From the IMG/VR virus record IMGVR_UViG_3300046694_000136, positions 124,001 to 188,000 of that record: DNA of 64,000 nt. One strand, written 5' to 3'. How positions within the stretch are numbered: position 1 is the first letter of the stretch; every line of letters starts with the position of its first letter. Positions 46,650 to 56,461 of this stretch are shown in pieces. The notes beneath the pieces are model-generated. The model was not told where the DNA came from, did not search any database, and saw only the letters and a program-made list of their open reading frames with translations. The position numbers were made by a program, and so were the translations under genes.

Positions 46650-49541
46650 ATGATTATTTTTGGTGGAGAACCGCCATTTGTCGAGAAGCCGGAACCACGG
46701 TTCGGGGAAGTAATCCTCCGACTCGACCAGATGGCCTATGCGGTAGAGAAGAAGGTTGCTAGCTTCAACGAAGGTACTAAAGAAGCTCTGATCCTGTTCA
46801 GTCAGAACATGGCACAGTTTGTTGCTGAAGTAACTCCGGTAATCGACGCTCACTTGGCTCAGCAAGGTGCGGTGCATGGTGAAACCAAAGCCAGTATCGG
46901 ATTGGGTAACAAGGATAATTACCGGACGGCCACTCTGGCTGAACAACGAGCACTGACTCCGGTATTGGCTTACGTAACTCCTCAAGGGGCCAAGCAAGCT
47001 TTCCTGGACCGCAACGCCTCCAACCCTTTGGTAGGTGATGCTTACCAGCAGAACAACGTGTTGCAGTTCGCCTCGTACTTCTACACGAACGAATTCCCAG
47101 TGATGACCCCGACCGTTGCTCAGTCGAGTCGTTATTTTGATTCCAATGCCAAAGTGGCGATGGTCTTTAACGATGACCGGATTGTTTACTCTCCGTCTTC
47201 CAACAAGGCCGTCTACCAAACCGATGTTGGGTTTATCAGTGCCCCTACCAAAGCCCGTAAGGCGTCGCGGTTGGCTGAGATCCCTAACCTGCAAAGCCGG
47301 ATGCTGCCGGGTGGCTGGAACAACATTGGCGCAGTAACGTCTGATGGTAACGTTGCATTGTTCAAACCATTGGCTGACAAGAAGATCTTTGTTTATAAAG
47401 ACAACTTGGGCGATCCAGCCGGGGCTAAGAACTTCCTGTTATTCAGCAGTTACATCGGGACAGCATATCGTGGGTTGTCGGTGTTCCCTCAGCTCACAGG
47501 TGACTACACGTTCAATCTCCTCCACAAGTTCTTCAAGGTGGATGCGTTTGAGAGCGACCCTACACTGAATCAGTTGGTGACCGCGGCTTACCCTGCTCTG
47601 TTCACGTTGATGGGCGCTGCACCGTATCAGGCGCCTATCCAGGGCGGCCACACAGTAGACGTTCGTAACTTCGTCACGCTGAGTGCTGGTCAAACCGTCA
47701 AGATCGGTGTAGAGAACGGTTCCCCTCAAATCAACGTTGGTTTGTACTGGTCGGCTCGTGACTATGAGATCCGGATGTTCGTGGCTGTACCGCTGGTGGT
47801 CACTGGTAACGGGATCACTAAGTACTTGGCATTGAACTATGTGACATCGTTCATTCCGGGTACGTTGATGGCTGGTGGGTCGGGTACTGTTACGGTAATG
47901 GGGACTCGTGTTCCTGATACCCTCAACGCAGGAACCTTGGCTCCAACCAATGGCTCGCAGTACCTGTTCGCTCGTGATCCGTTTAACTTCAACGATCCTT
48001 CAGTACTTCCGGGGGTAGTCTTGTCGTCGGGTGACGTAGTCCGGTCTATCTCAACTAAGAACGGTATTCGTGTAAAACGTTTCCGCTCTGGTTTGGCTGG
48101 CTTCCCGGGTTGGATTGCGGGGCCTCGTCCGTATGCGGATCCTAAGCTCCTGCGGACTGAGCTGTACACACCTTCGAGACACAGTCCATTTGGACCAGTC
48201 CCCGATCGCATTATTCCTTTCACTAACCTTAATGAAACACGGTATCTGGTTTATGGGCTTGACAACGGGACAGGTCTCTTCCGGTGGGCGGAGATTACGT
48301 GGAATTCCGAAAGCATTGTTGGAAGCGTCGCTGGTGCACGGATTGGGGTTCGGGCTCCATCAAGTTTCACCTCTTACTCAAAGATTGACAACTTCCCTAA
48401 AGGCCTCTCGGTTATTGCCAATAAGGTCAGCAGTGGTGTTGGGATTAATTCTCTTGTCTTCACAGCCCAAAATGGTTTCAAAGCCAATGCATCGTTTGGG
48501 TACGCCAACGGAGTCGTCACACTGGGAGCAGAAGTAACACTTGCTCTCACTACGGTGAACCGCTTGAAGGCATCGGGTAAGAAGGTACTGGATAACGCAG
48601 CTGTCTTTAACGCCGGGATTCCTGACTCTGCTCGTGAAACCATGATCCATGTTTATGCGATCACTCTGAACAAAGCCGTGGTGGTTATCTCTGATGGCTA
48701 CAGTTACGCTGAAGGTGGTGCATTCTCCTACAACGTAGCAGCAGGTCAACTCAACCTGATCCTTCCGGGTAGTGCGGATCTGCCATTGCAACGGCTCACA
48801 CCAAGCAGCAGTGCCCTGACCGGTCTCAACCGGGTCTCTAAATCGGGTGATGTTGTCTGGAGTACACCAAGTGACATGTTGGCTTCTCAACTGGATGCGG
48901 CGACTTACGACATCGTTATCACCCGACCTTTCGGGGAAGTGTACGGTGACTTGTCGTTCCGTCTGTCCGGGATGACTTCTGACTCACCGACGTGTTCTCC
49001 GTTTGCAGTGAACCCGGCTCGGTTGTATCAGGGTCAATTGATCATTGATGCGGTGGACGAGTTGCATCCTCCTATCTTGATTCCTAAGAAGGGGCTGTAT
49101 CAGGTATCCCCCGGCAATGCTTCTGCTACGTCGACTATCATGGCTGATGTGAGTGGGAACACGACACTGGATGCTTACGAGGTTAACGAAGCTGGTTGGG
49201 TTCGTATCCCTGGTGGTTCTAAGGTGGTAATCGACGGTACGGTGTATCTTCTGGACCGGGAGTATTCGGTCAAGGTGAGAGCTGTGGGTACGTCGTACTG
49301 CTACCTGCGTCGGGCTAACAACGTCTTGGTGGCTATTGCTTCTGATGTAATGCGAGAAGTGAGCAACACCGAGGTGATGTTCGGTACTGCGGTAAACGGT
49401 ATCCTCACTGTTAACGAATCGTACATCGTGATGAACAAGCACGTACTCCGTACAGGGCGTCGTGGTTCGGCTATCCCAGTGTTCGAGGATGATGGTGTAG
49501 CGGGAACTAACAAGTTCTTCACCCGTCGAGATGTGAGCTAA
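46650..49541 (+). CDS. Tail fibre-associated protein, paralogue 3
   Basis: ATG 46650 after GGAG; VHGETKASIGLGNKDNY motif; related C-terminus (RRGSAIP). Confidence 0.65.
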   Translation: MIIFGGEPPFVEKPEPRFGEVILRLDQMAYAVEKKVASFNEGTKEALILFSQNMAQFVAEVTPVIDAHLAQQGAVHGETKASIGLGNKDNYRTATLAEQRALTPVLAYVTPQGAKQAFLDRNASNPLVGDAYQQNNVLQFASYFYTNEFPVMTPTVAQSSRYFDSNAKVAMVFNDDRIVYSPSSNKAVYQTDVGFISAPTKARKASRLAEIPNLQSRMLPGGWNNIGAVTSDGNVALFKPLADKKIFVYKDNLGDPAGAKNFLLFSSYIGTAYRGLSVFPQLTGDYTFNLLHKFFKVDAFESDPTLNQLVTAAYPALFTLMGAAPYQAPIQGGHTVDVRNFVTLSAGQTVKIGVENGSPQINVGLYWSARDYEIRMFVAVPLVVTGNGITKYLALNYVTSFIPGTLMAGGSGTVTVMGTRVPDTLNAGTLAPTNGSQYLFARDPFNFNDPSVLPGVVLSSGDVVRSISTKNGIRVKRFRSGLAGFPGWIAGPRPYADPKLLRTELYTPSRHSPFGPVPDRIIPFTNLNETRYLVYGLDNGTGLFRWAEITWNSESIVGSVAGARIGVRAPSSFTSYSKIDNFPKGLSVIANKVSSGVGINSLVFTAQNGFKANASFGYANGVVTLGAEVTLALTTVNRLKASGKKVLDNAAVFNAGIPDSARETMIHVYAITLNKAVVVISDGYSYAEGGAFSYNVAAGQLNLILPGSADLPLQRLTPSSSALTGLNRVSKSGDVVWSTPSDMLASQLDAATYDIVITRPFGEVYGDLSFRLSGMTSDSPTCSPFAVNPARLYQGQLIIDAVDELHPPILIPKKGLYQVSPGNASATSTIMADVSGNTTLDAYEVNEAGWVRIPGGSKVVIDGTVYLLDREYSVKVRAVGTSYCYLRRANNVLVAIASDVMREVSNTEVMFGTAVNGILTVNESYIVMNKHVLRTGRRGSAIPVFEDDGVAGTNKFFTRRDVS

Positions 49542-49553
49542 AGCGTAATAGAC

Positions 49554-49588
49554 CCTACCCCTACTCCGGATGCCGGAGTAGGGGTAGG
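49554..49588. terminator. Bidirectional terminator
   Basis: CCTACCCCTACTCCGG-atg-CCGGAGTAGGGGTAGG. Confidence 0.85.
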
Positions 49589-49600
49589 AAGTCTTCAAAG

Positions 49601-50584
49601 TTAACCAACAGGAGGTTGCGGCGTAGGCATTGGGTTACCTGATACACCGTCACCATTTTCAACACCAATGTGTCCGTGCATGTCAAGGTCAACAATCGAA
49701 GTTCTTACACCAGTAAGACCTTGGACAACGCCTGTACTCACAGTGTTACCCGTCTGCTTGGTATTACCGGTGTGGTTCAGGTTCCCCTTCAGGTTAACCT
49801 CCCCTTCCCACTCAGTAGTCCCGATAGCCACCTTGGCGGTCTTTGCCTGAACGTTGATGTCTTCACATTGCAGGGTAAAGACTTTGGTCTTGATGCTGAC
49901 GCTTTCATCCCCGTTGAACAGGATAGAGTCTGGAGCGTCAATAATAACCTTCTTTTTATCCACCCCAATAAGCGTTTCTTCTTTGTTGGTGTAGATGAAC
50001 TTGCTATTGAAGTCGTCCATGACGATGGAGCTACCACCAGTACCAACCGCTTCAAGTCGACCTTGACCGCCGTCCAACTTGACTTCAAAGCCAGACTTCT
50101 CCCCGTTACTCTGAGAAGAACGATAGGCCATAAACCCACTACGAGTATCCAGTGTAATGGTGTAGAAGTTATCAACGTTGAACTCAGTGTTCTCGTCAAG
50201 GTTGGGGTTAGCCTGAAAGCCCCAGACGATTGTTTCAAGTCTATGTGTCTCACCACTGAATCCATTGGTGGTCCAGTAGATGGTACTTTGACCACTTACT
50301 TGGTACAGCGACACCTGACTGCCTTCCTTTACATCGGGTGCGGTCAGTCGGTTAGGCTCACCGAACGCGTTCCACTTCGCCGGACGGACGTTGCTGATCA
50401 TCGTGTTGACTTTAACGGGTTCACCGTTGGCGTTGACAGCAGTTTCTTCCTTGGCCTCAACCTGAGCTACTGTACGTCCATCTGCCATCGGTGAGTTTTT
50501 CGGCAAATGAACCATGATTTCTTTGGTGTTGGTCTGTTTGGTTGCAGCGACAGTACCTACCCCCAACCAGTTAATTAAGTTCAT
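49601..50584 (-). CDS. Baseplate central spike (gpV/gp138-like; phiKZ gp164-like)
   Basis: N-terminal OB-fold-like region, beta-helix repeats (GNxxxTG) and a C-terminal HxH iron-binding apex (MHGH). Confidence 0.8.
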   Translation of the reverse strand: MNLINWLGVGTVAATKQTNTKEIMVHLPKNSPMADGRTVAQVEAKEETAVNANGEPVKVNTMISNVRPAKWNAFGEPNRLTAPDVKEGSQVSLYQVSGQSTIYWTTNGFSGETHRLETIVWGFQANPNLDENTEFNVDNFYTITLDTRSGFMAYRSSQSNGEKSGFEVKLDGGQGRLEAVGTGGSSIVMDDFNSKFIYTNKEETLIGVDKKKVIIDAPDSILFNGDESVSIKTKVFTLQCEDINVQAKTAKVAIGTTEWEGEVNLKGNLNHTGNTKQTGNTVSTGVVQGLTGVRTSIVDLDMHGHIGVENGDGVSGNPMPTPQPPVG

Positions 50585-50634
50585 ACACGAAGACCCATTA
50601 TCTAGAGAAGTATACTTTTTAGAAGACCTATACC

Positions 50635-53097
50635 ATGCTGACTAAATTGATTCTTGAGAATTACATCCCTTTACAGAAAAACGGGATTAATTATGTTGAG
50701 CTGGACCTTAACGCTATGGTCAACTTGTTCATTGCCCAGAACGGTGTAGGTAAAACAAGCATCCTGAAAGAAGTTAACCAACTCCCTCCCGAAGCAGCCG
50801 ATTTTGATACCGGCGGTCGCAAGTACGGTGAGTGGAAGATTGAAGGTAAGCATTACATCTTTGATTCCCGCACTGGGGTATCGGATGGTCACTCGTTTAA
50901 ACTGAACGGTGAAGAATTGAACAAGGGTGGAACCTTCATGGCTCAGAAAGAGTTGTGCTGGACCCACTTCAAGCTGGATCGTCCTCGTGCTAAGTTCCTG
51001 TCAGGTTTGAAAGTATACGACCTGTTCAGTAACTTGACTCCAGCGCGCCGTAAGGACATCCTGTTGTGGCTTTACCCAAATGACACCACTTATGCCATGG
51101 GTGTCTTCAACAAGCTCAAAAGCGAACGTAACGAGCTTAAAGCGGTATTGAAGAACCAAGTCTCTCGCTACGCTGATGAAAGCGAGAAACTGAAACGGAT
51201 TACCGAGTGTGGGGTAGATGAACTGGAGGCTCGCATCAAGCACATTGATGAAGAACTCCGTAAGTCTCTCTTGATTCGGGGTTCGTTAGAAGAATACAAG
51301 ATCCATCCGGGCCTGCGTCAGAAGATCGAACAGTTCGAGTACCTGTCGACCGCTTTAACGGTTAACAAGGTCAGTGGGTTTATCGAATCTGAAGATGAGC
51401 TGGTAGAAGGCATCGAGATGACCGAGCGGTTGATTGATAACTACGAGGAAAACATCGCAGCTATTCAACACACCATCGGTGAGAACGCTGGGTTACTGGA
51501 GGGGGTAGAGGAGTACTTGCAAGATCCTCTGTTGTTCCAGAATCAAGCTGACCAGTTAGAGACGGAGATCAACCAGTTAAAGAGTTCTATTAAAGAGCAA
51601 ACCGTCATCTTGGGTGACTACCCGGTCTTCAATGAAGAAGAGATGAGCTTCCAAGGACTGGATCTGGTTTATGACTCTTTCGTAGCACAATTGCACTGCG
51701 TGACCAATGCTAATGACAGCAGTATCAATGGAGCCGTCTACAAGCAGATGGAGATCCAGCTGAATAACCTTAATAACCGCATCCGAGACTACGAAGGTAA
51801 ACTCTCTGCGGGTGGTCATCAGCTTAAGCATTACAACAGCGCAGAAGCCGTTGAATGTCCTGACTGCAAGCATAACTTTAAAGTGGGGATAAACGAAAAG
51901 GATATCCATCGCCTGAGAGCCGACGTGGATAGTTGGACGGTGGCCATTGGTAACTTGGAGAAAGAAAGGGACGTAGTAGCTGATAAGTTGGACAATGACC
52001 GTAGCTGGTATGAAAGTATGGTTGCATTGCATCAGTTTTGTCGCATGCGGTCTGACGCTCCTTGCCTGGGTGTATTGGTTAAAGACTTCAACGTGGGTAA
52101 GAACGAGATCTCTAACCTCTTGAACGCGCTCAGAGCCTATAAGACGCGTTTCGATGCCACTAAGCGTATCGAGTCCTTGCTGGAAGAAAAGAACCTCATA
52201 GAGACCCGCATAGGGCTTATGAACAGGGATAACGTTCTGGACGTTGCATCGTTCGTAGAGGGTTGGGAACGGGAACTGGTTAAAGACCAAAAGAAATTGG
52301 CTTTCTACAACCGTCGCCTTAAAACCTTTAACGGTCGTTTAGCGATTATCCGTAACTACGGGAATGACTTGGCTAAGTTGAATGAACTGAAAGAAGAAAT
52401 CTTCCAAGGTCTGTTCGACGAAGGTTATGTTAAGTTCCGTAAGCAACTGGATGAACGTATCAGTATCCTGACCGAAGAGAAAGAAGACAACTTAAGGTCC
52501 ATCATTACCAGTCGTTCGTTGTCGGCTGTGGTTGACTCCATTCATGACGAAGTTCTCCGTCTGCGTAAACGGATGATTATCGTTGAAACATGGATGGATA
52601 AACTGTGTCCCAATAAAGGATTCATTGGGAAATTGTTGACGGACTTTATTAAGACCTTTTGCGGTAATGCTAACGCGATGATCCAAGATGTTTGGAACAC
52701 ACCACTTTATGTGAAACCCTGTAATAAAGCTAACGGTGATCTGACTTACAGATTCCCGGTAGTGGTTGGGGATTCCAAACCGGTTCCAGACATGTCTGAT
52801 TGTAGTTTAGGTCAGACTGGGATCATTGACTTCGCTATGCGCCTTACTGCGTTGACTTACCATGGGTATTTCCCGTTGATCATGGACGAAGTGGGGACCA
52901 ACCTGGACGAAGTTAAGCGAACACGGTTCTTTAACTTTGTTCGGGAGCTGGCTCAGAAGAAAGACGCCCGTCAGATCTTTTGCGTCAGTCATTATCTATC
53001 TAGTTTTGGTGTGTTCTCGAAACCAAACGTAGTCGCCATGAAGCACGATGGCTTGACACTACCTGCGGAGCCGAACAAGAACAACACCATTAATTAA
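50635..53097 (+). CDS. sbcC: SbcC/Rad50-like SMC ATPase
   Basis: Walker A QNGVGKTS, zinc hook CPDC, signature SLGQ, Walker B LIMDE, H-loop VSH and long coiled coils. Confidence 0.9.
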   Translation: MLTKLILENYIPLQKNGINYVELDLNAMVNLFIAQNGVGKTSILKEVNQLPPEAADFDTGGRKYGEWKIEGKHYIFDSRTGVSDGHSFKLNGEELNKGGTFMAQKELCWTHFKLDRPRAKFLSGLKVYDLFSNLTPARRKDILLWLYPNDTTYAMGVFNKLKSERNELKAVLKNQVSRYADESEKLKRITECGVDELEARIKHIDEELRKSLLIRGSLEEYKIHPGLRQKIEQFEYLSTALTVNKVSGFIESEDELVEGIEMTERLIDNYEENIAAIQHTIGENAGLLEGVEEYLQDPLLFQNQADQLETEINQLKSSIKEQTVILGDYPVFNEEEMSFQGLDLVYDSFVAQLHCVTNANDSSINGAVYKQMEIQLNNLNNRIRDYEGKLSAGGHQLKHYNSAEAVECPDCKHNFKVGINEKDIHRLRADVDSWTVAIGNLEKERDVVADKLDNDRSWYESMVALHQFCRMRSDAPCLGVLVKDFNVGKNEISNLLNALRAYKTRFDATKRIESLLEEKNLIETRIGLMNRDNVLDVASFVEGWERELVKDQKKLAFYNRRLKTFNGRLAIIRNYGNDLAKLNELKEEIFQGLFDEGYVKFRKQLDERISILTEEKEDNLRSIITSRSLSAVVDSIHDEVLRLRKRMIIVETWMDKLCPNKGFIGKLLTDFIKTFCGNANAMIQDVWNTPLYVKPCNKANGDLTYRFPVVVGDSKPVPDMSDCSLGQTGIIDFAMRLTALTYHGYFPLIMDEVGTNLDEVKRTRFFNFVRELAQKKDARQIFCVSHYLSSFGVFSKPNVVAMKHDGLTLPAEPNKNNTIN

Positions 53098-53101
53098 TAA
53101 A

Positions 53102-53111
53102 CCTACATTAT
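53102..53111 (+). promoter_or_regulatory. Early-type promoter core (CCTACATTAT)
   Basis: AAACCTACATTATC is identical to the copy at 17956-17969. Confidence 0.7.
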
Positions 53112-53127
53112 CAACAGGACCTATGAA

Positions 53128-53421
53128 ATGGGATTCCAACAAACACACCCAGCTGTAATGACGCAAAACGGGGGGTTGACTATTGTCGCTCCCGGTAACG
53201 GTGGAGAAGGGCAGGTATCGCTCAGCTTCAACCGTAACCAAGCCAATGAACTCACTGCCATCATCACCTTCGGTGGTCACAACCAAGCGTTGGTCACCTT
53301 TGATGCTTCTGGCACTGCACCGGTTAGCTACTCGTTGTATAACCCTGCTCCGAACCAATTTATCGAGCAGTCAGTACGGAATATCGTACAACAACTAAGT
53401 GGGTACGTCCCACAAATGTAG
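53128..53421 (+). CDS. Small hypothetical early protein
   Basis: AGGA RBS directly after the promoter. Confidence 0.65.
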   Translation: MGFQQTHPAVMTQNGGLTIVAPGNGGEGQVSLSFNRNQANELTAIITFGGHNQALVTFDASGTAPVSYSLYNPAPNQFIEQSVRNIVQQLSGYVPQM

Positions 53422-53431
53422 AGAGAACGCT

Positions 53432-53881
53432 ATGGACAAGGCAGCAGTGATTGAACGTTATAAGGCTCTGTTGAATGAACTCAACGAGCCTGCCCACAGT
53501 GTGGTGCTTTCATCAGGTAGTGCGTTGGTACTTTTGGGCGTCCGCATGACAACCAGTGATCTGGATGCGGACATCCCCGAAGGCGTCTTCAAGATGTATG
53601 AAAGAAGTGGGAAGTTCCCTGTACTGGAAGCGGCCGAGGGCGATGGCAAACACGTCAAGTTCGATGGGGATGTTGATCTCAATATCCTCGATACCGATCG
53701 TGGGGTTGTTTGTCTGGGTGGGGTATGGTCGTACAGCCCGAGTGAGTTACTGGCACAGAAGCGTTATCTGTCCAAACTCCCGGGTCGTAGTGAAGGTAAG
53801 CGCGCTGCTGATTTGTTGGACATTGCTTCATTAGAAACCCTTATTAAAGAACGGAGCCTCACAGCTCGAGCATTGGCGTAG
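53432..53881 (+). CDS. Minimal nucleotidyltransferase-fold protein (Pol-beta superfamily)
   Basis: SGSAL...R.TSDLDAD (GS + DxD), a third acidic residue near DVDL, and C-terminal 'K...R..K...D' as in AbiEii/MenT-like NTases. Confidence 0.65.
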   Translation: MDKAAVIERYKALLNELNEPAHSVVLSSGSALVLLGVRMTTSDLDADIPEGVFKMYERSGKFPVLEAAEGDGKHVKFDGDVDLNILDTDRGVVCLGGVWSYSPSELLAQKRYLSKLPGRSEGKRAADLLDIASLETLIKERSLTARALA

Positions 53882-53886
53882 ACCGT

Positions 53887-54378
53887 ATGACACTTAACGC
53901 AACAACACTTATTGCATCATTGGGCATGGTAAGTACCCGTGAGGACATTCCTGAAACGGCTTTCGTTATCGGGGGTTCTTCGGCGCTGGTAGTACAGGGG
54001 TTACGTGAATCGTGTCCGGTTCTCTCGGTTTGGGTAGAGCGAGAGTATTTCGGCCGGTTGTGTGAGACGCACGGGGTTACTAATCATCCGATGACGGACA
54101 CGTTGGTGAACCTGGAACTGACTCGGTGTGCTGGGAACGCACCTGTTCAGGTAGAAGTGCGTGAACGTAACCATTATTACGGTACAGTCCATCTGGAAAA
54201 CACGGTTCCTCCGATCACCGTCTTCGATGATCTGACCCTGACGATCCAGAAACGTACCGAACATACGAAGTTGAAGGAAAGTTCTGCCTCTCCGGAAGAG
54301 GTACAGCTGGCGATCCGCGATATCCAAGTACTGAACGCGCGACTGGCTGAAAAGAACAAGGTGAAGGAAGTCGCCTAA
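53887..54378 (+). CDS. Degenerate NTase-fold paralogue lacking DxD
   Basis: GGSSALVVQGLRE aligns with the upstream gene, but DLD is replaced by VLS. Confidence 0.6.
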   Translation: MTLNATTLIASLGMVSTREDIPETAFVIGGSSALVVQGLRESCPVLSVWVEREYFGRLCETHGVTNHPMTDTLVNLELTRCAGNAPVQVEVRERNHYYGTVHLENTVPPITVFDDLTLTIQKRTEHTKLKESSASPEEVQLAIRDIQVLNARLAEKNKVKEVA

Positions 54379-54384
54379 GGAGGT

Positions 54385-54404
54385 GTCAGGGGGCAACCCC
54401 TGAC
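54385..54404 (+). terminator. GNRA-loop hairpin
   Basis: GTCAGGGG-GCAA-CCCCTGAC. Confidence 0.65.
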
Positions 54405-54436
54405 CCTTACCCTTTATAGTGCATTGGAGAATTTTG

Positions 54437-56461
54437 ATGTCTAATAACTCACCAAATGAGCGCATGCGTCTGCTTGACGAGCAGTTGCGCCATCATGATT
54501 GGAAGTACCACGTCGAGGATGCACCGGAGATCGAGAATGATGCGTACGACGCACTCGAACGGGAATTCCGTGGTCTGTGTGAAGAATACCCTGAATTGGC
54601 TATTCAGTTTGATAGCCACACCAAAACGGTTCCTATTGATTTACCTGCTGACGGTCCGTTGGAGATTATCAAGTTCAACGACCCCATGCTCAGTGTGAAG
54701 AAGATCCACACACTGGAGGATCTGGCTAAGTTCATCAGTAAACTCCCTGATGATACTCAGTTGGTCCACGAGCTCAAGCTGGACGGCATGGCATTGCGTC
54801 TGCTGTACAAGCAAGGGCTTCTGGTCAGCATGGCCACTCGCGGAGCTGGTATGGTGGGCGAAGAGGTTATTCACGCACTTCCTCTTTTCGCCAAGGATGT
54901 TATCCCTGAACGGATCGAAACAGATCTGGACGAATTGGAGATTCGTGGTGAAGCTTGGATCTCCATGCGGGATTATCTCGAGTACAACGAGTCGGTAGAA
55001 GCCGCTGACCGTAAGAAAGATCCCCGTAACGCAGTAAGTGGATGGATCAGAACACACCCTAGCCGAATGGACCACAAGGTGCTGGATACCTTGCAGTTCT
55101 CTGCTTACTGGTCAGACGAAACCTTTGGTCTTGAAACCTATCGGGAAGTCAAGGAGAAACTGCGCAGTCTCCGGTTCGATACTCCTAATGAAGTCACCCA
55201 CGACCACATCGTAAAGAATCTGCGTAGTGATATGATTCCTACTGATGGGATCATGGTTAAGGTTGACTCCCTTAAACTTCAAAAGGAACTCGGTGTTGGT
55301 AACCGTCACCCTAACTGGAGTGTGGGGTATAAGTTCCCCCCAGCCGAAGGTACTCCCAAAGTCGTAACCGTAGAGTGGAGTACCAGTGGCTACGGTCGTG
55401 TGGTCCCGGTGGTGATCTATACCCCCATTAAGCTGGGCGGGGCTATGTTCACTCGGGCTTCCTTGGACAACTACGGGAACTTCATGGAACTGGGGTTGGG
55501 TGAAGGCGACACTGTTTCGGTAACACGGAACAATGACGTTATCCCTCGGTTGAACCACGTTATCTCCTCTGGTGATGGTGTAGCACTGGAAGCCCCTACA
55601 GAGTGCCCTAGCTGCTCTGCGTTGCTTGAGGTTAGGATAGGGAAGACTGGTTCCGAACTCGTGTGTAACAACCTCTCTGGCTGTCCTGGCCAGTTGATCA
55701 ACCGCACGGTGATCATGGGTGACAAGTTCGGGCTTGATATTGATGGATTGGGTCCAGTTATTGTCCACGACTTGGTTCAACGTACCTACATCAAACAACC
55801 CGCTGATGTATTCAGTTTGGGGGCTGGTGCGAATAACTTGATGTCCGATCTGTTGAAAGCGAACATCGAGAAGGTTAAGAACCAACCTGTTCCACTTCAT
55901 CGATTCATTAAAGCTCTGTGCCTTCCGGATATCGGAACGGTATTGTCGAAACGTATTGCCAACGCAATCATTAGTGGTAGCGACGGCTTCGCTAGTTCTA
56001 TGGTTCTGGCTTATCACGAGAACTCTGACAAAGACGTGTTTAAGTCGATGTTTGAAGTCCTCATGACCAAGCTCAGCTTCCTGAACAGCGTTCAAGGGAT
56101 CTCTAACGGGATTGCCATGAGCGTGGTCCGGTCTATCTCCAGTCCTATGTTCGACGATAACTTCAGCGCGATGGTAGACGCTTTGGTTCTCGACTTCGGG
56201 AAGATGGAGGAGTCCGGATACAAGGTAGCCATCACTGGTTCTTTCGATCAGGGTAAAGATGCGTTGATCAAGTACTTTGCTGAGCATGGCATTGAACTGA
56301 CCGACAAACTGACTCTGGATTGCAAGTACCTTATTGTGGGGGAACGTGCTGGTAAAGCTAAAACTTTAAAAGCAACTGATAACGCTATACCTATGCTGGA
56401 TGTGAATCAGTACCCGAGTATTGAACACCTCATTAACTACATCAAGGAAAACTCAGTATGA
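54437..56461 (+). CDS. ligA: NAD-dependent DNA ligase
   Basis: Domain Ia (YH..DAP.I....YD), KLDG adenylation motif, EIRGE, TDGIMVK, C4 zinc finger, HhH and C-terminal BRCT. Confidence 0.95.
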   Translation: MSNNSPNERMRLLDEQLRHHDWKYHVEDAPEIENDAYDALEREFRGLCEEYPELAIQFDSHTKTVPIDLPADGPLEIIKFNDPMLSVKKIHTLEDLAKFISKLPDDTQLVHELKLDGMALRLLYKQGLLVSMATRGAGMVGEEVIHALPLFAKDVIPERIETDLDELEIRGEAWISMRDYLEYNESVEAADRKKDPRNAVSGWIRTHPSRMDHKVLDTLQFSAYWSDETFGLETYREVKEKLRSLRFDTPNEVTHDHIVKNLRSDMIPTDGIMVKVDSLKLQKELGVGNRHPNWSVGYKFPPAEGTPKVVTVEWSTSGYGRVVPVVIYTPIKLGGAMFTRASLDNYGNFMELGLGEGDTVSVTRNNDVIPRLNHVISSGDGVALEAPTECPSCSALLEVRIGKTGSELVCNNLSGCPGQLINRTVIMGDKFGLDIDGLGPVIVHDLVQRTYIKQPADVFSLGAGANNLMSDLLKANIEKVKNQPVPLHRFIKALCLPDIGTVLSKRIANAIISGSDGFASSMVLAYHENSDKDVFKSMFEVLMTKLSFLNSVQGISNGIAMSVVRSISSPMFDDNFSAMVDALVLDFGKMEESGYKVAITGSFDQGKDALIKYFAEHGIELTDKLTLDCKYLIVGERAGKAKTLKATDNAIPMLDVNQYPSIEHLINYIKENSV

